From contig CAKQUE010000001.1 of NCBI GenBank assembly GCA_934277435.1, forward strand, positions 65,652-129,651: 64,000 bases of DNA. Reading direction: 5' to 3'. The position numbers and the translations under genes are program-made. Positions 17,801 to 27,341 of this stretch are shown one piece after another. Every line of letters begins with the position of its first letter. The first letter of the stretch is position 1. This DNA is from an uncultured Alphaproteobacteria bacterium (lineage in GTDB: Bacteria > Pseudomonadota > Alphaproteobacteria > RF32 > CAG-239). Below the pieces are notes generated by a model. It made no database searches. It was given only the letters and a program-made list of their open reading frames with translations, and was not told the DNA's origin.

Positions 17801-19051
17801 ATGAATAAGTTTAAATCAGAATTTTTAAATATTATGCACGAACGCGGTTTTTATAACCAATGCACCAATGAAGAGGGGTTTGACGCTTATCTTTATGAAT
17901 GTGAAAGCAAAGGTAAACCAGCAGTCGGCTATTTAGGTTCTGATCCGACCGGCGACAGCCTGCACGTTGGGCATATTGTGCCATTGATGATGATGCGCTG
18001 GTTTCAAAAATGCGGACACAAGCCTTTGACTTTGGTCGGCGGCGCTACTGCTCGTATCGGCGATCCGTCCGGAAAGGACAAACTCCGCCCGTTTTTAGAT
18101 GAAGCAACCTTGGCGCACAATATTGAAGGACTGAAAAAATCTTTCCGCAAATTTTTGAAATTCGGCGATGGTGAAAATGACGCCGTAATGGTTGATAACT
18201 GGGATTGGTTTAAAGATATAAATTATCTGGCTTTTTTGCGAGATATCGGCACCTGCTATTCGGTTAACCGTATGTTGACAATGGATAGTGTGAAAAGCCG
18301 TTTGGAACGCGAACAACCAATGTCTTTTTTGGAATTTAACTATATGCTGCTGCAAGGTTACGATTTTTGCCAATTGCTGCAAAAATATAACTGCCGCGCG
18401 CAAATCGCCGGCGCCGACCAATGGGGCAACATAACCTCCGGCACAGAACTTGGACGCCGCCGCTATGATACCGAATTGTTTGGCTTTACCAGCCCGATTT
18501 TGACAGACTCATCAGGCAAAAAAATGGGCAAATCCGAAGGCAACGCGGTTTGGATTAATGATGAAAAGTTGCCGGCGTACGATTATTATCAATATTTCCG
18601 CAACATTGGCGACGCTGAAGTCGGCAAATGTTTGCGCGTGTTCACAGACCTGCCGATGGACGAAGTCTGCCGTTTGGAACAATTGAAAGACAAAGAAATT
18701 AACGAAGCCAAAAAAATTCTGGCATTTGAAGCTACCAAAATTTGCCGCGGCTTAGACGAAGCCCAAAAAGCGCAAGAAACTGCGGTTAAAGCTTTTGAGC
18801 AAGGCGTGGCCGGCGGAGAATTACCAACTCTTAACGCTGATTTGAACAGCGGTATCGGAGTTTTGGACGCCTTTTTGCAAATAGGTTTTGTGGCCAGCAA
18901 AGGCGAAGCCCGCCGCCTGATTAAACAATCCGGCTTAAAGATTAACGACAAACCAGTAACTGATGAAAATTATGTCATTACTTCTGCCGACATTGTTGAC
19001 GGAGCTGTCAAAATCTCTCAAGGCAAAAAGAAGTTTGGCTTAATTAAATAA
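17801..19051 (+). CDS. tyrS: Tyrosine--tRNA ligase
   Basis: HIGH-type motif (LHVGHIVP), KMSKS-type motif (KMGKS), C-terminal S4-like domain; 416 aa. Confidence 0.9.
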   Translation: MNKFKSEFLNIMHERGFYNQCTNEEGFDAYLYECESKGKPAVGYLGSDPTGDSLHVGHIVPLMMMRWFQKCGHKPLTLVGGATARIGDPSGKDKLRPFLDEATLAHNIEGLKKSFRKFLKFGDGENDAVMVDNWDWFKDINYLAFLRDIGTCYSVNRMLTMDSVKSRLEREQPMSFLEFNYMLLQGYDFCQLLQKYNCRAQIAGADQWGNITSGTELGRRRYDTELFGFTSPILTDSSGKKMGKSEGNAVWINDEKLPAYDYYQYFRNIGDAEVGKCLRVFTDLPMDEVCRLEQLKDKEINEAKKILAFEATKICRGLDEAQKAQETAVKAFEQGVAGGELPTLNADLNSGIGVLDAFLQIGFVASKGEARRLIKQSGLKINDKPVTDENYVITSADIVDGAVKISQGKKKFGLIK

Positions 19052-19069
19052 TTTGTTACAAATGAAACT

Positions 19070-19102
19070 CCACACCGTTCTGAAGAGAACGGTGTTTTGT
19101 TA
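19070..19102. terminator. Bidirectional terminator between tyrS (+) and pilin paralog 2 (-)
   Basis: ACACCGTTCT-GAAG-AGAACGGTGT followed by TTTGTT, with an A-rich 5' flank. Confidence 0.5.
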
Positions 19103-19108
19103 TAAATA

Positions 19109-19726
19109 TTAGAAGTTCAAAATCAACGAACAATAGCGCAAATCTTCATCATCTATACATGATTTGCATATTTGATTTATTTCTGTAAGTTTCAAATCAC
19201 GTAAACACTCGGTATTTTCATCACCGCAATATGCATTGCCATAATAATAACTTGAGGGAAATTGCCAACGATAAAAACGAACCATGTATAAAACATCGCT
19301 TAGCGGCTGAGCAAAATCTCGAAGCATTGCTTCACAAAATTTGCCTGCGGCTTTGCCATTGCCTTTTCCTTGAATTATTTCCAGTTGAAAATGCCCCGAA
19401 CGAGTGAATATTCCAACTTGATTTCCCCAAGTATCCCTTAAATCTTGAACACTAACTCTAGACCATGTTTCCGGAACTAAATTCATAGCCTTAACCGTTT
19501 CAACTAAGGGATACTGCGTTCCCTCTTTATTTATATTGTTAAATTCATCTATATGTTCAACTAAACCCGCCACAAACATCGAATATTCGCCGACAGTCTT
19601 ATTTATCCGCCACATTTCCATAGCTTTTGAATATCCCGCAATACCACCGACAGACAACACTCCAATAATAGCAAGTACCCCAAGCATTTCTATCATTGAT
19701 CGACCTTGTTGATTTTTAATTTTCAT
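19109..19726 (-). CDS. Type IV pilin-like protein with a prepilin-type N-terminal cleavage/methylation domain (pilin paralog 2), 205 aa from ATG at 19726
   Basis: N-terminus MKIKNQQG|RSMIEMLGVLAIIGVLSVGGIAGYSKAM is nearly identical to paralog 1 over the class III signal; the C-terminal domain is diverged and Cys-rich. RBS AAGGAG upstream of the ATG at 19726. Confidence 0.6.
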   Translation of the reverse strand: MKIKNQQGRSMIEMLGVLAIIGVLSVGGIAGYSKAMEMWRINKTVGEYSMFVAGLVEHIDEFNNINKEGTQYPLVETVKAMNLVPETWSRVSVQDLRDTWGNQVGIFTRSGHFQLEIIQGKGNGKAAGKFCEAMLRDFAQPLSDVLYMVRFYRWQFPSSYYYGNAYCGDENTECLRDLKLTEINQICKSCIDDEDLRYCSLILNF

Positions 19727-19921
19727 ACATCTGAACTCCTTAAACACCAAAAACAAAACCCGCTTTTAGGCGGGCGGATGTTCAGAAACCGTGTATACGC
19801 AAACGGCTCGGCTTATTCAGCTCATAGCCTTATTTAGCCGACATCCGTCCAGCGGAAATCGGCATATAAAAATTTAAGTCGTTTATGCATAACGACTGCG
19901 TATACAAAAAGGGTTTCTGAC
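19727..19921 (-). promoter_or_regulatory. Structured 5' leader of pilin paralog 2, homologous to the leader at 1057-1260, with a terminator-like hairpin plus U-tract abutting the RBS
   Basis: Minus-strand RNA: the closing helix UCAGAAACC/GUAUACGCA pairs with UGCGUAUAC/GGUUUCUGA (plus 19783-19801 with 19897-19920). It contains internal hairpins and a GCUAUGAGCUGAAUAAGCC block homologous to paralog 1. A terminal CCCGC-CUAAAA-GCGGG hairpin is followed by UUUUGUUUUUG. The alternative pairing GACGGAUGU/ACAUCCGCC overlaps the 5' strand of the terminator. Confidence 0.4.
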
Positions 19922-20007
19922 GCCCTAAAAATGCCACTGCATTCTCAAAATCATGTTATCGATAAAAAAATTTTTTGTAAAGACAATTTTATTAAATCAT
20001 TCAAAAA

Positions 20008-20056
20008 TAATGACAACAAAAATATCCCCTCAAAAATGTTTGACGGGGATATATAT
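20008..20056 (-). terminator. Rho-independent terminator of trxA
   Basis: Minus strand: ATATATCCCCGTCAAACATTTTTGAGGGGATAT followed by TTTTGTTGTCATTATTTTT. Confidence 0.45.
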
Positions 20057-20072
20057 TTGGAATTTTTATGGA

Positions 20073-20390
20073 TTATTTATAAGATTCTATCCAAGAAGAA
20101 ATTGTTGATTGTGTGTTTAATCCAACTTTAGTGTCAACTTGTTTGCCGTCTTTAAACAAAAACATGGTTGGAATACTGCGAATCCCAAATTGACTTGCTG
20201 TTTCAGGCGAATCATCAACGTTCATTTTATAAATTTTTACATCATTTCCCATTTCTTCATCAATAGCTTCCAAAATAGGCCCCAGCTGACGGCATGGTCC
20301 ACACCATTCTGCCCAAAAATCAACCAAAACAAGTCCTTTGGAATTTAAAACATTTTCAGAAAACTGATTATCAGTTAACGGTTGCGTCAT
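20073..20390 (-). CDS. trxA: Thioredoxin
   Basis: WCGPC active site, 105 aa, located downstream of addA. Confidence 0.9.
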   Translation of the reverse strand: MTQPLTDNQFSENVLNSKGLVLVDFWAEWCGPCRQLGPILEAIDEEMGNDVKIYKMNVDDSPETASQFGIRSIPTMFLFKDGKQVDTKVGLNTQSTISSWIESYK

Positions 20391-20483
20391 AATTTTTCTC
20401 CTCTAACATAAAAAATGATAATTTCTATATAGTCTTATTTTTGCTAATATTAAAGTCTATTAACAAATAAGACAACAAAATTT

Positions 20484-23400
20484 TCAGCCAACTCTCATTA
20501 ATCTGGTTTCATTAGTCCACAAAATATAGGTTTCAACCGGCTTACCGCTGTATATTTTTTGCACCAGCTTAGCGTAAGTGTTTAGCTGATTTACATAAGC
20601 CGGCGGTGTTTCGGCCAAATTTTTAGCTGCCGGACGATTGGTTTTGAAATCAACTACCATAATTTTATGAGGTAAAATAATCAATCTATCCAGTTGGGCA
20701 GAAATAATTTTTCCCTCAACTTCACCGACAATCGGAACTTCAGCCCGAGAATTTTCACCAAAAATCTCCGAAAATTCAGCTTGTTCGAACAAATTCAATA
20801 CTTCGTTTTTTATTTGTTCTTTTTGTGATAACGAAAAATCTGTAGCGTTTTTAGCCAAATATTCATCAATAATTGCTCCCGTATCGTTACTATTTTGCGA
20901 TAAAAACTGCAATAATTTATGTATTAAGGTTCCGCGGCGATAATAATTTCCACTTTCCGCCAATGGAGAAGTCGAATCCACATCTTCCTCTTCATCAAAG
21001 CGCGATGGCGTATATGGCTTGGCCAATAAGGACTCGCTTTCAGCCGCACTAGACACCCAATCTTCCAGCGGCGGCATCCTATCTTTGCCGGATAAAGATT
21101 GCTTTTGTTTTTTAGCAATTACTTCCGGTTCGATAATTTCATAATTTTTACCGTTTTCAACCCCGTTTGTTTTCAATGTTTGTTCGCATAATTTATACCA
21201 AGAATTGCTATCAGCGCCCTTGTTGCCGCAAAAACCGCAGATATACAACCGGTCTTCGGCTCTGGTCAAGGCCACATACAAAAGCCGCCGGTATTCTTCT
21301 AGAGTTTTACGGCTGTTTTCTTCTTTTACGCTCGCACACATATTGTCATAATAAGTCTTGTTAAGCGGATAATAAGCTATATCATTATCCCAAAGCAGCG
21401 CCTGTTCGTTTTTAATATTTTTCATACGCACCGTATCGGGTAAAAAGACTACCGGAGCCTGCAAACCTTTTGAACCATGCACAGTCATCAATCGCACCGC
21501 ATCGGCGTCTTTTTGTTCTGTTTCGCGTTTGACTTCAACTTCTGTCCGACCTATCCAATCAATAAAACCTTGCAAACTTGGAATATGCTCTTGTTCATAA
21601 GAAATAGTCAAATTGATAAACTCGTCTAAAGCGTCTTCAACCTCTATTCCCATGCGTTCAGTAAATTTATGGCGGCCGTCCATTGTGGTCAGAACATAAT
21701 TAAACAGCTCATACGGACGAACATAATCAATTTTATCCGATAAAATTTTCAAAGAATTATATGCTTCTGAATATTCCGGAAAATCGCCCAATCTTGACCA
21801 TAACGGGGCTTTACCGCGGTTATAACAAAGTTTCAATAAATCGTCATCGTCCAAACCAAATATCGGAGATTTCAACACTTCTGCCAAAGCTAAATCGTCA
21901 TTATTCAGTAGCAGAAACTTGCCTAAAGAAATTAAATCCTGCACGGCGATTTGCTCACCCAACTTTAATTTATCCGCACCGCTGATATTAACGCCGTTAT
22001 TTTTGCAGGCGCGGATAAACTCATTCACAAAACTGCTTCTAGTTTGCACCAAAACCATTATATCTCGATAGTGCAGATGTTTAACCTCTACTAACTCTTT
22101 GATTTTATCGGTTATGGCTTTTGCTAAAAGATTTTTAACCGACACTTCACGGCTCATTTCAATCGGTGGAAATTGATTATATTCTTTATCTTTTTTCTCC
22201 GCCACCAACAACGGCCAAATTTCCACCTTTCCAAATTCTCCGGCGCGAAAAGGAATATGATTTACGGTTTCATCAACAGCAGTCACACCTTTTGAATTTT
22301 CCGGATTGCTAAAAAGCATATTCACCGTATTGAGCACAGCGGCAGAAGACCGGAAAGACACCGATAAATTGATTTTTTGGAAATCTGCCGCAGCTTTTTG
22401 AGCAAAATAAACTGACATATCATCAAATTTGTCAGGATCAGCCCCTTGAAAGCTATAAATTGACTGTTTTCGGTCACCAACCGCGAATACCGTGCGTTTT
22501 TTTTCGCTGCTGCCAGCGCCGGCAAAAAATTCCGTACTCAAAGACTTTACTATTTCCCATTGGTTTGGCGAGGTGTCTTGAGCCTCGTCAATCAAAATAT
22601 GGTCTATACCGCCGTCCAATTTAAACAAAACCCACGAAGCAACAGAATCATCTGCCAGCAAGTTACGCGTCAATAAAATTAAATCTTCATAATCCAAACG
22701 CGAGTGCTTATTTTTAAAATCTTGATATCGGTTGTTTAGTTCTCGCGCTATTGCCAATACTGAAGATGTGGCTTGATACAATCTGATTTTACAAAGTTTT
22801 TCTTCATTTTTCAATACGCGTTCCGCTTCTGATTGCAAACGCTCCGCCACATGCGAATCGGCGGCGCACGAATTTTTATCCGCCTGTTTTTTTGGTAAAC
22901 AACCTTCTTTGGTTAAAAATAAACTTTTATATTTGTTGTAGTCCTCATAGCCTAAACGCCCCTGCAGCAGCAAACGCTCAAATTCTTCCGCCCGCTCGGC
23001 GTCTTTTTTTCCACCTTGCAAAAGGGCCGCGATGTTAGCCCGCAAATCAGCAATATTTATTTTTGCCATAAACTCGTCTATTGCTGTTTTTTCTGTTTCA
23101 TCGGCAAAAATTCCTAATTTTTGAGCAAGAGCTTTATCAAAATCTGTTTTATCTTTATAATTTTTCAGCATATCGGCAATTTTGGTTTTATTGCTTGTTA
23201 TATCCTTCATTACCTTAGGAAAAGAATTCTCCGTTAAATTTTCGGTCAGATATTGCATCGCTTTTTTGACTGGGCTTTCTTTTCCGTATTCTATCTGCTC
23301 TAACAGGTCTTTTTGAATTTGTGCTAAGGCGTCTTCCGCGCTTTCATCGTCCAAAATATCAAAATACGGTGAAATTCCGGCTTCTAACGGAAAGCGTTTT

Positions 23401-23843
23401 AGGACTTCTTGGCAAAAGCTATGTATGGTCTGAATCTTTATGCCTCCTGGGGTATCAAGTAATATGGCAAAAAGAGTCCGCGCCCGACGCTTATATTTTT
23501 TCAAAATATCCGTATTTTTTATTTCATCGCCCAAGAGTTCGAACAAACTCTTTTCCAAATCTTCTTCACCCCAAACGGCCCAATCGCTCAAACGCTCGGA
23601 AATACGCGTATTCATTTCAACGGCGGCAGCTTTAGTGTAGGTAAGGCACAAAATTCGCTGCGGATTAACGCCATTTAGCAGCAAACGTAAAACTCTATCC
23701 GACAAAACTTTTGTTTTTCCGGTTCCGGCAGAAGCTTCAACCCACACTGATTTATCCGGATTAGCGGCGGCTCGTTGCTGTGATGTAGCTAAATTACCTC
23801 TTTCTTTGCGTAAATTTATAAATTCTTCTTTAGTTTTCATCAA
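20484..23843 (-). CDS. addA: Double-strand break repair helicase AddA (UvrD-like helicase plus C-terminal PD-(D/E)xK nuclease)
   Basis: N-terminal Walker A SAGTGKT, UvrD/Rep helicase motifs, ~1119 aa; overlaps the upstream addB in a characteristic operon. Confidence 0.85.
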   Translation of the reverse strand: MMKTKEEFINLRKERGNLATSQQRAAANPDKSVWVEASAGTGKTKVLSDRVLRLLLNGVNPQRILCLTYTKAAAVEMNTRISERLSDWAVWGEEDLEKSLFELLGDEIKNTDILKKYKRRARTLFAILLDTPGGIKIQTIHSFCQEVLKRFPLEAGISPYFDILDDESAEDALAQIQKDLLEQIEYGKESPVKKAMQYLTENLTENSFPKVMKDITSNKTKIADMLKNYKDKTDFDKALAQKLGIFADETEKTAIDEFMAKINIADLRANIAALLQGGKKDAERAEEFERLLLQGRLGYEDYNKYKSLFLTKEGCLPKKQADKNSCAADSHVAERLQSEAERVLKNEEKLCKIRLYQATSSVLAIARELNNRYQDFKNKHSRLDYEDLILLTRNLLADDSVASWVLFKLDGGIDHILIDEAQDTSPNQWEIVKSLSTEFFAGAGSSEKKRTVFAVGDRKQSIYSFQGADPDKFDDMSVYFAQKAAADFQKINLSVSFRSSAAVLNTVNMLFSNPENSKGVTAVDETVNHIPFRAGEFGKVEIWPLLVAEKKDKEYNQFPPIEMSREVSVKNLLAKAITDKIKELVEVKHLHYRDIMVLVQTRSSFVNEFIRACKNNGVNISGADKLKLGEQIAVQDLISLGKFLLLNNDDLALAEVLKSPIFGLDDDDLLKLCYNRGKAPLWSRLGDFPEYSEAYNSLKILSDKIDYVRPYELFNYVLTTMDGRHKFTERMGIEVEDALDEFINLTISYEQEHIPSLQGFIDWIGRTEVEVKRETEQKDADAVRLMTVHGSKGLQAPVVFLPDTVRMKNIKNEQALLWDNDIAYYPLNKTYYDNMCASVKEENSRKTLEEYRRLLYVALTRAEDRLYICGFCGNKGADSNSWYKLCEQTLKTNGVENGKNYEIIEPEVIAKKQKQSLSGKDRMPPLEDWVSSAAESESLLAKPYTPSRFDEEEDVDSTSPLAESGNYYRRGTLIHKLLQFLSQNSNDTGAIIDEYLAKNATDFSLSQKEQIKNEVLNLFEQAEFSEIFGENSRAEVPIVGEVEGKIISAQLDRLIILPHKIMVVDFKTNRPAAKNLAETPPAYVNQLNTYAKLVQKIYSGKPVETYILWTNETRLMRVG

Positions 23844-26730
23844 AATCTTCCTTTACAGACCATTCTAAAAATCGTGATAAATGGTCATAATCCGTATAAC
23901 TTGGGGCGTTGTGCGGAATTGGTTTAGCCAAATACGGAGTTGTAACACAATCATAGCTGCTAATCCATGTTTGCAGATACTGCATTGTTTTTTCTAAACC
24001 GCTGCTGCTTTGTTCTTCATTGCAAACAATTTCTTTTTCGCCCAGTTTCCAATAACGCAAAGACTCTACTTTTTTGGCTGGTATGTCAGGAAAGCCACCA
24101 TGTTCGGCAATCAATCCCTCTATCGGCAGCTGCGGAGCCACACCGGTTTCAACTTCTTTTACATTGCGGACACGGCCTGTTTTGTAGTCTAAAATATTAA
24201 GTCTGCCGTCCTTAGTTTCATCTATACGATCAGCTTTGGCTGTAATGGTAAATTTTCCGCCGCTGGAATCAAAACAAAGACTCCCCTCTATCTCATTATG
24301 CACAAAAGCAACCTCTGAGCGATAATTTTTTTCTATCGCTGTCAGCCAATTTATGGTTTTAACAAATCTAGGCCACCAAAAAGCTTTTATATCAGCACTG
24401 ATATTTTGCGCCGCAAATTCATGTTCGCCGATTTTTAACAGTTGTTCTTCGGCATCTGCCGGATAAGCACCGGTGTTATATTTGTTATTAAATTTTTCAA
24501 TAACCGCATGAACAATATTTCCGTAATCACGGAAAGCCAAATTCTCATCAAGATTCTGCAACGGATATAGTCCCAATATGTATTTAGCATATATGCTATA
24601 CGGATCACGCATCAGCATTTCAAAGTTTACGGCCGAAAGTTTGCGCGGACGCATTGCCACCGGCGGACATGGCCGAGGAGATAGTATTTTTTTCAAAACA
24701 GCAGCCCGTTCCCAATATTTAGCCCATAAAGCATATTTACCATCTTGCAGATAAGCATATTTTTCTTTATTTTCACCAAAATTCGCAGCCAGCACTGTTT
24801 CTAAACGCAGCCACCAACGAGATTTATTGGTTGGTGTTCCGTCAACCCGCTCGGCTCTGGTTAAATAAACATCTTTTGCATTAAGTAAATGGGCAAAATC
24901 AGCAGCCATAACTCCGATAGAACGTTCCGGAAGCGGAAAACCAAAGTCCTTTTTCATTGGACGCGACATCCACATATCTGCCGACGGCAATTTTGGCCAC
25001 ACGCCTTCATTGGCTTCTCCGATTATTGTAACATCAAACTGCGTCAACCGCGCCTCTATTGGTCCCAATATTTTTATTCTCGGGTGCATACCGAATCGAA
25101 CACGTACATTTTGTTCCATCAACATACATTCCAACAGCGGCAAATAATCCCGCGCATTGATATTTTCCAGTAACTCGCTTTTTTGCAAAAGTTCATTTAC
25201 AAATTTGGCCGCCGCAGTACCGGAATCATTTTTCCAGATAATTTTTTCGCCGGTCTTAATATCTGTATCAGCCAAACGCTCTGCTGTTTTTATGTGGCAG
25301 ATAAACAACTCCTTAAAATTAACAACCGGCTGCGAATATAGTTCTGCTAAAGGCTGCAAGCACTCTTTTATCTTTGAAACAAAATCAGTCTGCTGAGCAG
25401 ATAAATTTTCTTTTTTACGCCAGCTTAGCTCCAAACTACGAACATTTTGATTAAAAACACTGGATTTTTGCCCACAGGAAGTAAACGGATGCTTTAATAA
25501 AGATAGCAAACTAACCTGTGAAAAATCATTTTCCAAAACATTTATAAGCAAACGCAAATAAACGCCAATCGGAGTCAAACTCAATGGTTGCCCCGCCGAA
25601 TCGTCGGCAACAATGTTCCATCTTTTTAATTCGGAAACAACACGACGAGCTAAATTTCTATCCATTGTAACCAAAGCCGCGGTTTTTGCAGGAGTTTCCA
25701 AAGTTTGGCGCATCAACAAAGCAATCGCCTGCGCTTCTTGTCGGATATCGCTGCAACTTATAAGTTTTAAGCCGGAAAATGCTTCATCCGGCAGCTGATA
25801 AGATGAAAGTTTCCGCCATTCTGCCGAACTGGCCGCCGGACGCATAATTTCTGAAACCAAACGCTCGCGCGGAGTAAAAGCATTGTTGGGCAGACAACAA
25901 ATATCTGCGCGGTTTAGATTTAAATAATCCAATAATTCTTTAAGCTCAAACTGCGGATGATTTTCATCAATTTGTTCCCACGCAGAATCCTCTAAATAAT
26001 TATCCAAGCCATAAAGCCAAACTTCTCCATTTGGTAACTCTGCCACGGTTTTAAGCAATTTCTTCAGCAAAGGAAACGCCGCTGTTGAACCAGCCACTAC
26101 TATTTTTTGCGTAGTTTGGCTTTGACGCCATATCTCTATTTCGGTTTGCAAAAGCTGATTGCGGCGAAAAGAACTGTCGACAACACCGCGTTCTTGTAAT
26201 ATTTGCGGCCAAAACTCGGTAATAATTGCCAATAATTTCAAACTTTCTTGCCAATGTGCGGCATATTCGGTTGGCACAATTTCATTTAGACGAGAAAAAT
26301 CCAAATTTTCATTATACGCTAAATCCATCAAATCCGCCAAATTTTCCGCCAAGGCATAGGCCTGAGCTAAAGACAACCGTCCCAATCCCAATTCGGCAGG
26401 TTTTTGCATAATCAATCTGGTAAAAATCAAAACTCTTTTGGTTTTAGAAATTTCAGGTTGCAAATTTTTTATCACATCATGATTGCCTGTTAAAAAAACT
26501 TCATCTTCTTCAACATCGGCTATCGGCAAAATTTGCGGCAATATCGTTGGTTCTAAACCGCGCAGACGCACAAAAGCATCTGACAAACTTTGGCAGGCGC
26601 GGCGATTTGGCAATAAAAACAAAACCTTTGCCAATTCTTCCGGCGCAGCTTCATAACTTTTCAAAAAATGCCCAGCTAAAACATCAACAAACGAATCGCT
26701 TGCATTGATGCTATAAATTTTTGCAGCCAT
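23830..26730 (-). CDS. addB: Double-strand break repair protein AddB (alphaproteobacterial type)
   Basis: 966 aa, upstream of and overlapping addA, C-terminal nuclease-like region. Confidence 0.75.
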   Translation of the reverse strand: MAAKIYSINASDSFVDVLAGHFLKSYEAAPEELAKVLFLLPNRRACQSLSDAFVRLRGLEPTILPQILPIADVEEDEVFLTGNHDVIKNLQPEISKTKRVLIFTRLIMQKPAELGLGRLSLAQAYALAENLADLMDLAYNENLDFSRLNEIVPTEYAAHWQESLKLLAIITEFWPQILQERGVVDSSFRRNQLLQTEIEIWRQSQTTQKIVVAGSTAAFPLLKKLLKTVAELPNGEVWLYGLDNYLEDSAWEQIDENHPQFELKELLDYLNLNRADICCLPNNAFTPRERLVSEIMRPAASSAEWRKLSSYQLPDEAFSGLKLISCSDIRQEAQAIALLMRQTLETPAKTAALVTMDRNLARRVVSELKRWNIVADDSAGQPLSLTPIGVYLRLLINVLENDFSQVSLLSLLKHPFTSCGQKSSVFNQNVRSLELSWRKKENLSAQQTDFVSKIKECLQPLAELYSQPVVNFKELFICHIKTAERLADTDIKTGEKIIWKNDSGTAAAKFVNELLQKSELLENINARDYLPLLECMLMEQNVRVRFGMHPRIKILGPIEARLTQFDVTIIGEANEGVWPKLPSADMWMSRPMKKDFGFPLPERSIGVMAADFAHLLNAKDVYLTRAERVDGTPTNKSRWWLRLETVLAANFGENKEKYAYLQDGKYALWAKYWERAAVLKKILSPRPCPPVAMRPRKLSAVNFEMLMRDPYSIYAKYILGLYPLQNLDENLAFRDYGNIVHAVIEKFNNKYNTGAYPADAEEQLLKIGEHEFAAQNISADIKAFWWPRFVKTINWLTAIEKNYRSEVAFVHNEIEGSLCFDSSGGKFTITAKADRIDETKDGRLNILDYKTGRVRNVKEVETGVAPQLPIEGLIAEHGGFPDIPAKKVESLRYWKLGEKEIVCNEEQSSSGLEKTMQYLQTWISSYDCVTTPYLAKPIPHNAPSYTDYDHLSRFLEWSVKEDFDEN

Positions 26731-26739
26731 TTTATTTCC

Positions 26740-27330
26740 TTATAAATTGTTCAAAAAATCCTTGAGTTTTTCCACAGCCCGACCACGGTGAGAAATCTTA
26801 TTTTTTTCTTCTTGACTCATTTGAGCAAAACTACAGGTAAAACCTTCTGGAACAAACAGCGGATCATAGCCGAATCCGCCGACACCCATTTTATGAAAAG
26901 CGATTTTTCCATCTACTTGACCAGCAAAAATTTTATACTGTCCATCTGGCCAAGCCAATGAAATAACGCAAGAAAAATGCGCATTACGACTTTTATTCGG
27001 ACTTTTTTCCATTTCCGCCAATAATTTTTCCATACCTTTATCAAAATCACGATTTGGAGCGTATCTGGCGGAATACACTCCCGGCGCGCCGTTCAACGCG
27101 TCAACACAAAGCCCAGAATCGTCGGCCAAGCAAGGCTTGTTTACCAATTTTGCAATAGTTCTGGATTTTAATAGAGAATTTTCCTCAAAAGTTTCTCCGG
27201 TTTCTTCCACATCAGGCAAATTCATATCCAACGCCGATTTAACCTTTATACCGTAAGGAGCGAGCAGCTTTTTTATTTCTTTTATTTTCCCCTCATTATG
27301 GCTGGCAAACACTATTTCTTCAAGTTTCAT
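26740..27330 (-). CDS. rdgB: Non-canonical purine NTP pyrophosphatase (dITP/XTP pyrophosphatase, RdgB/Ham1 family)
   Basis: 196 aa; N-terminal EIVFASHNEGKIKE; characteristic FGYDPLF motif. Confidence 0.85.
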   Translation of the reverse strand: MKLEEIVFASHNEGKIKEIKKLLAPYGIKVKSALDMNLPDVEETGETFEENSLLKSRTIAKLVNKPCLADDSGLCVDALNGAPGVYSARYAPNRDFDKGMEKLLAEMEKSPNKSRNAHFSCVISLAWPDGQYKIFAGQVDGKIAFHKMGVGGFGYDPLFVPEGFTCSFAQMSQEEKNKISHRGRAVEKLKDFLNNL

Positions 27331-27341
27331 ATTTATAACTC

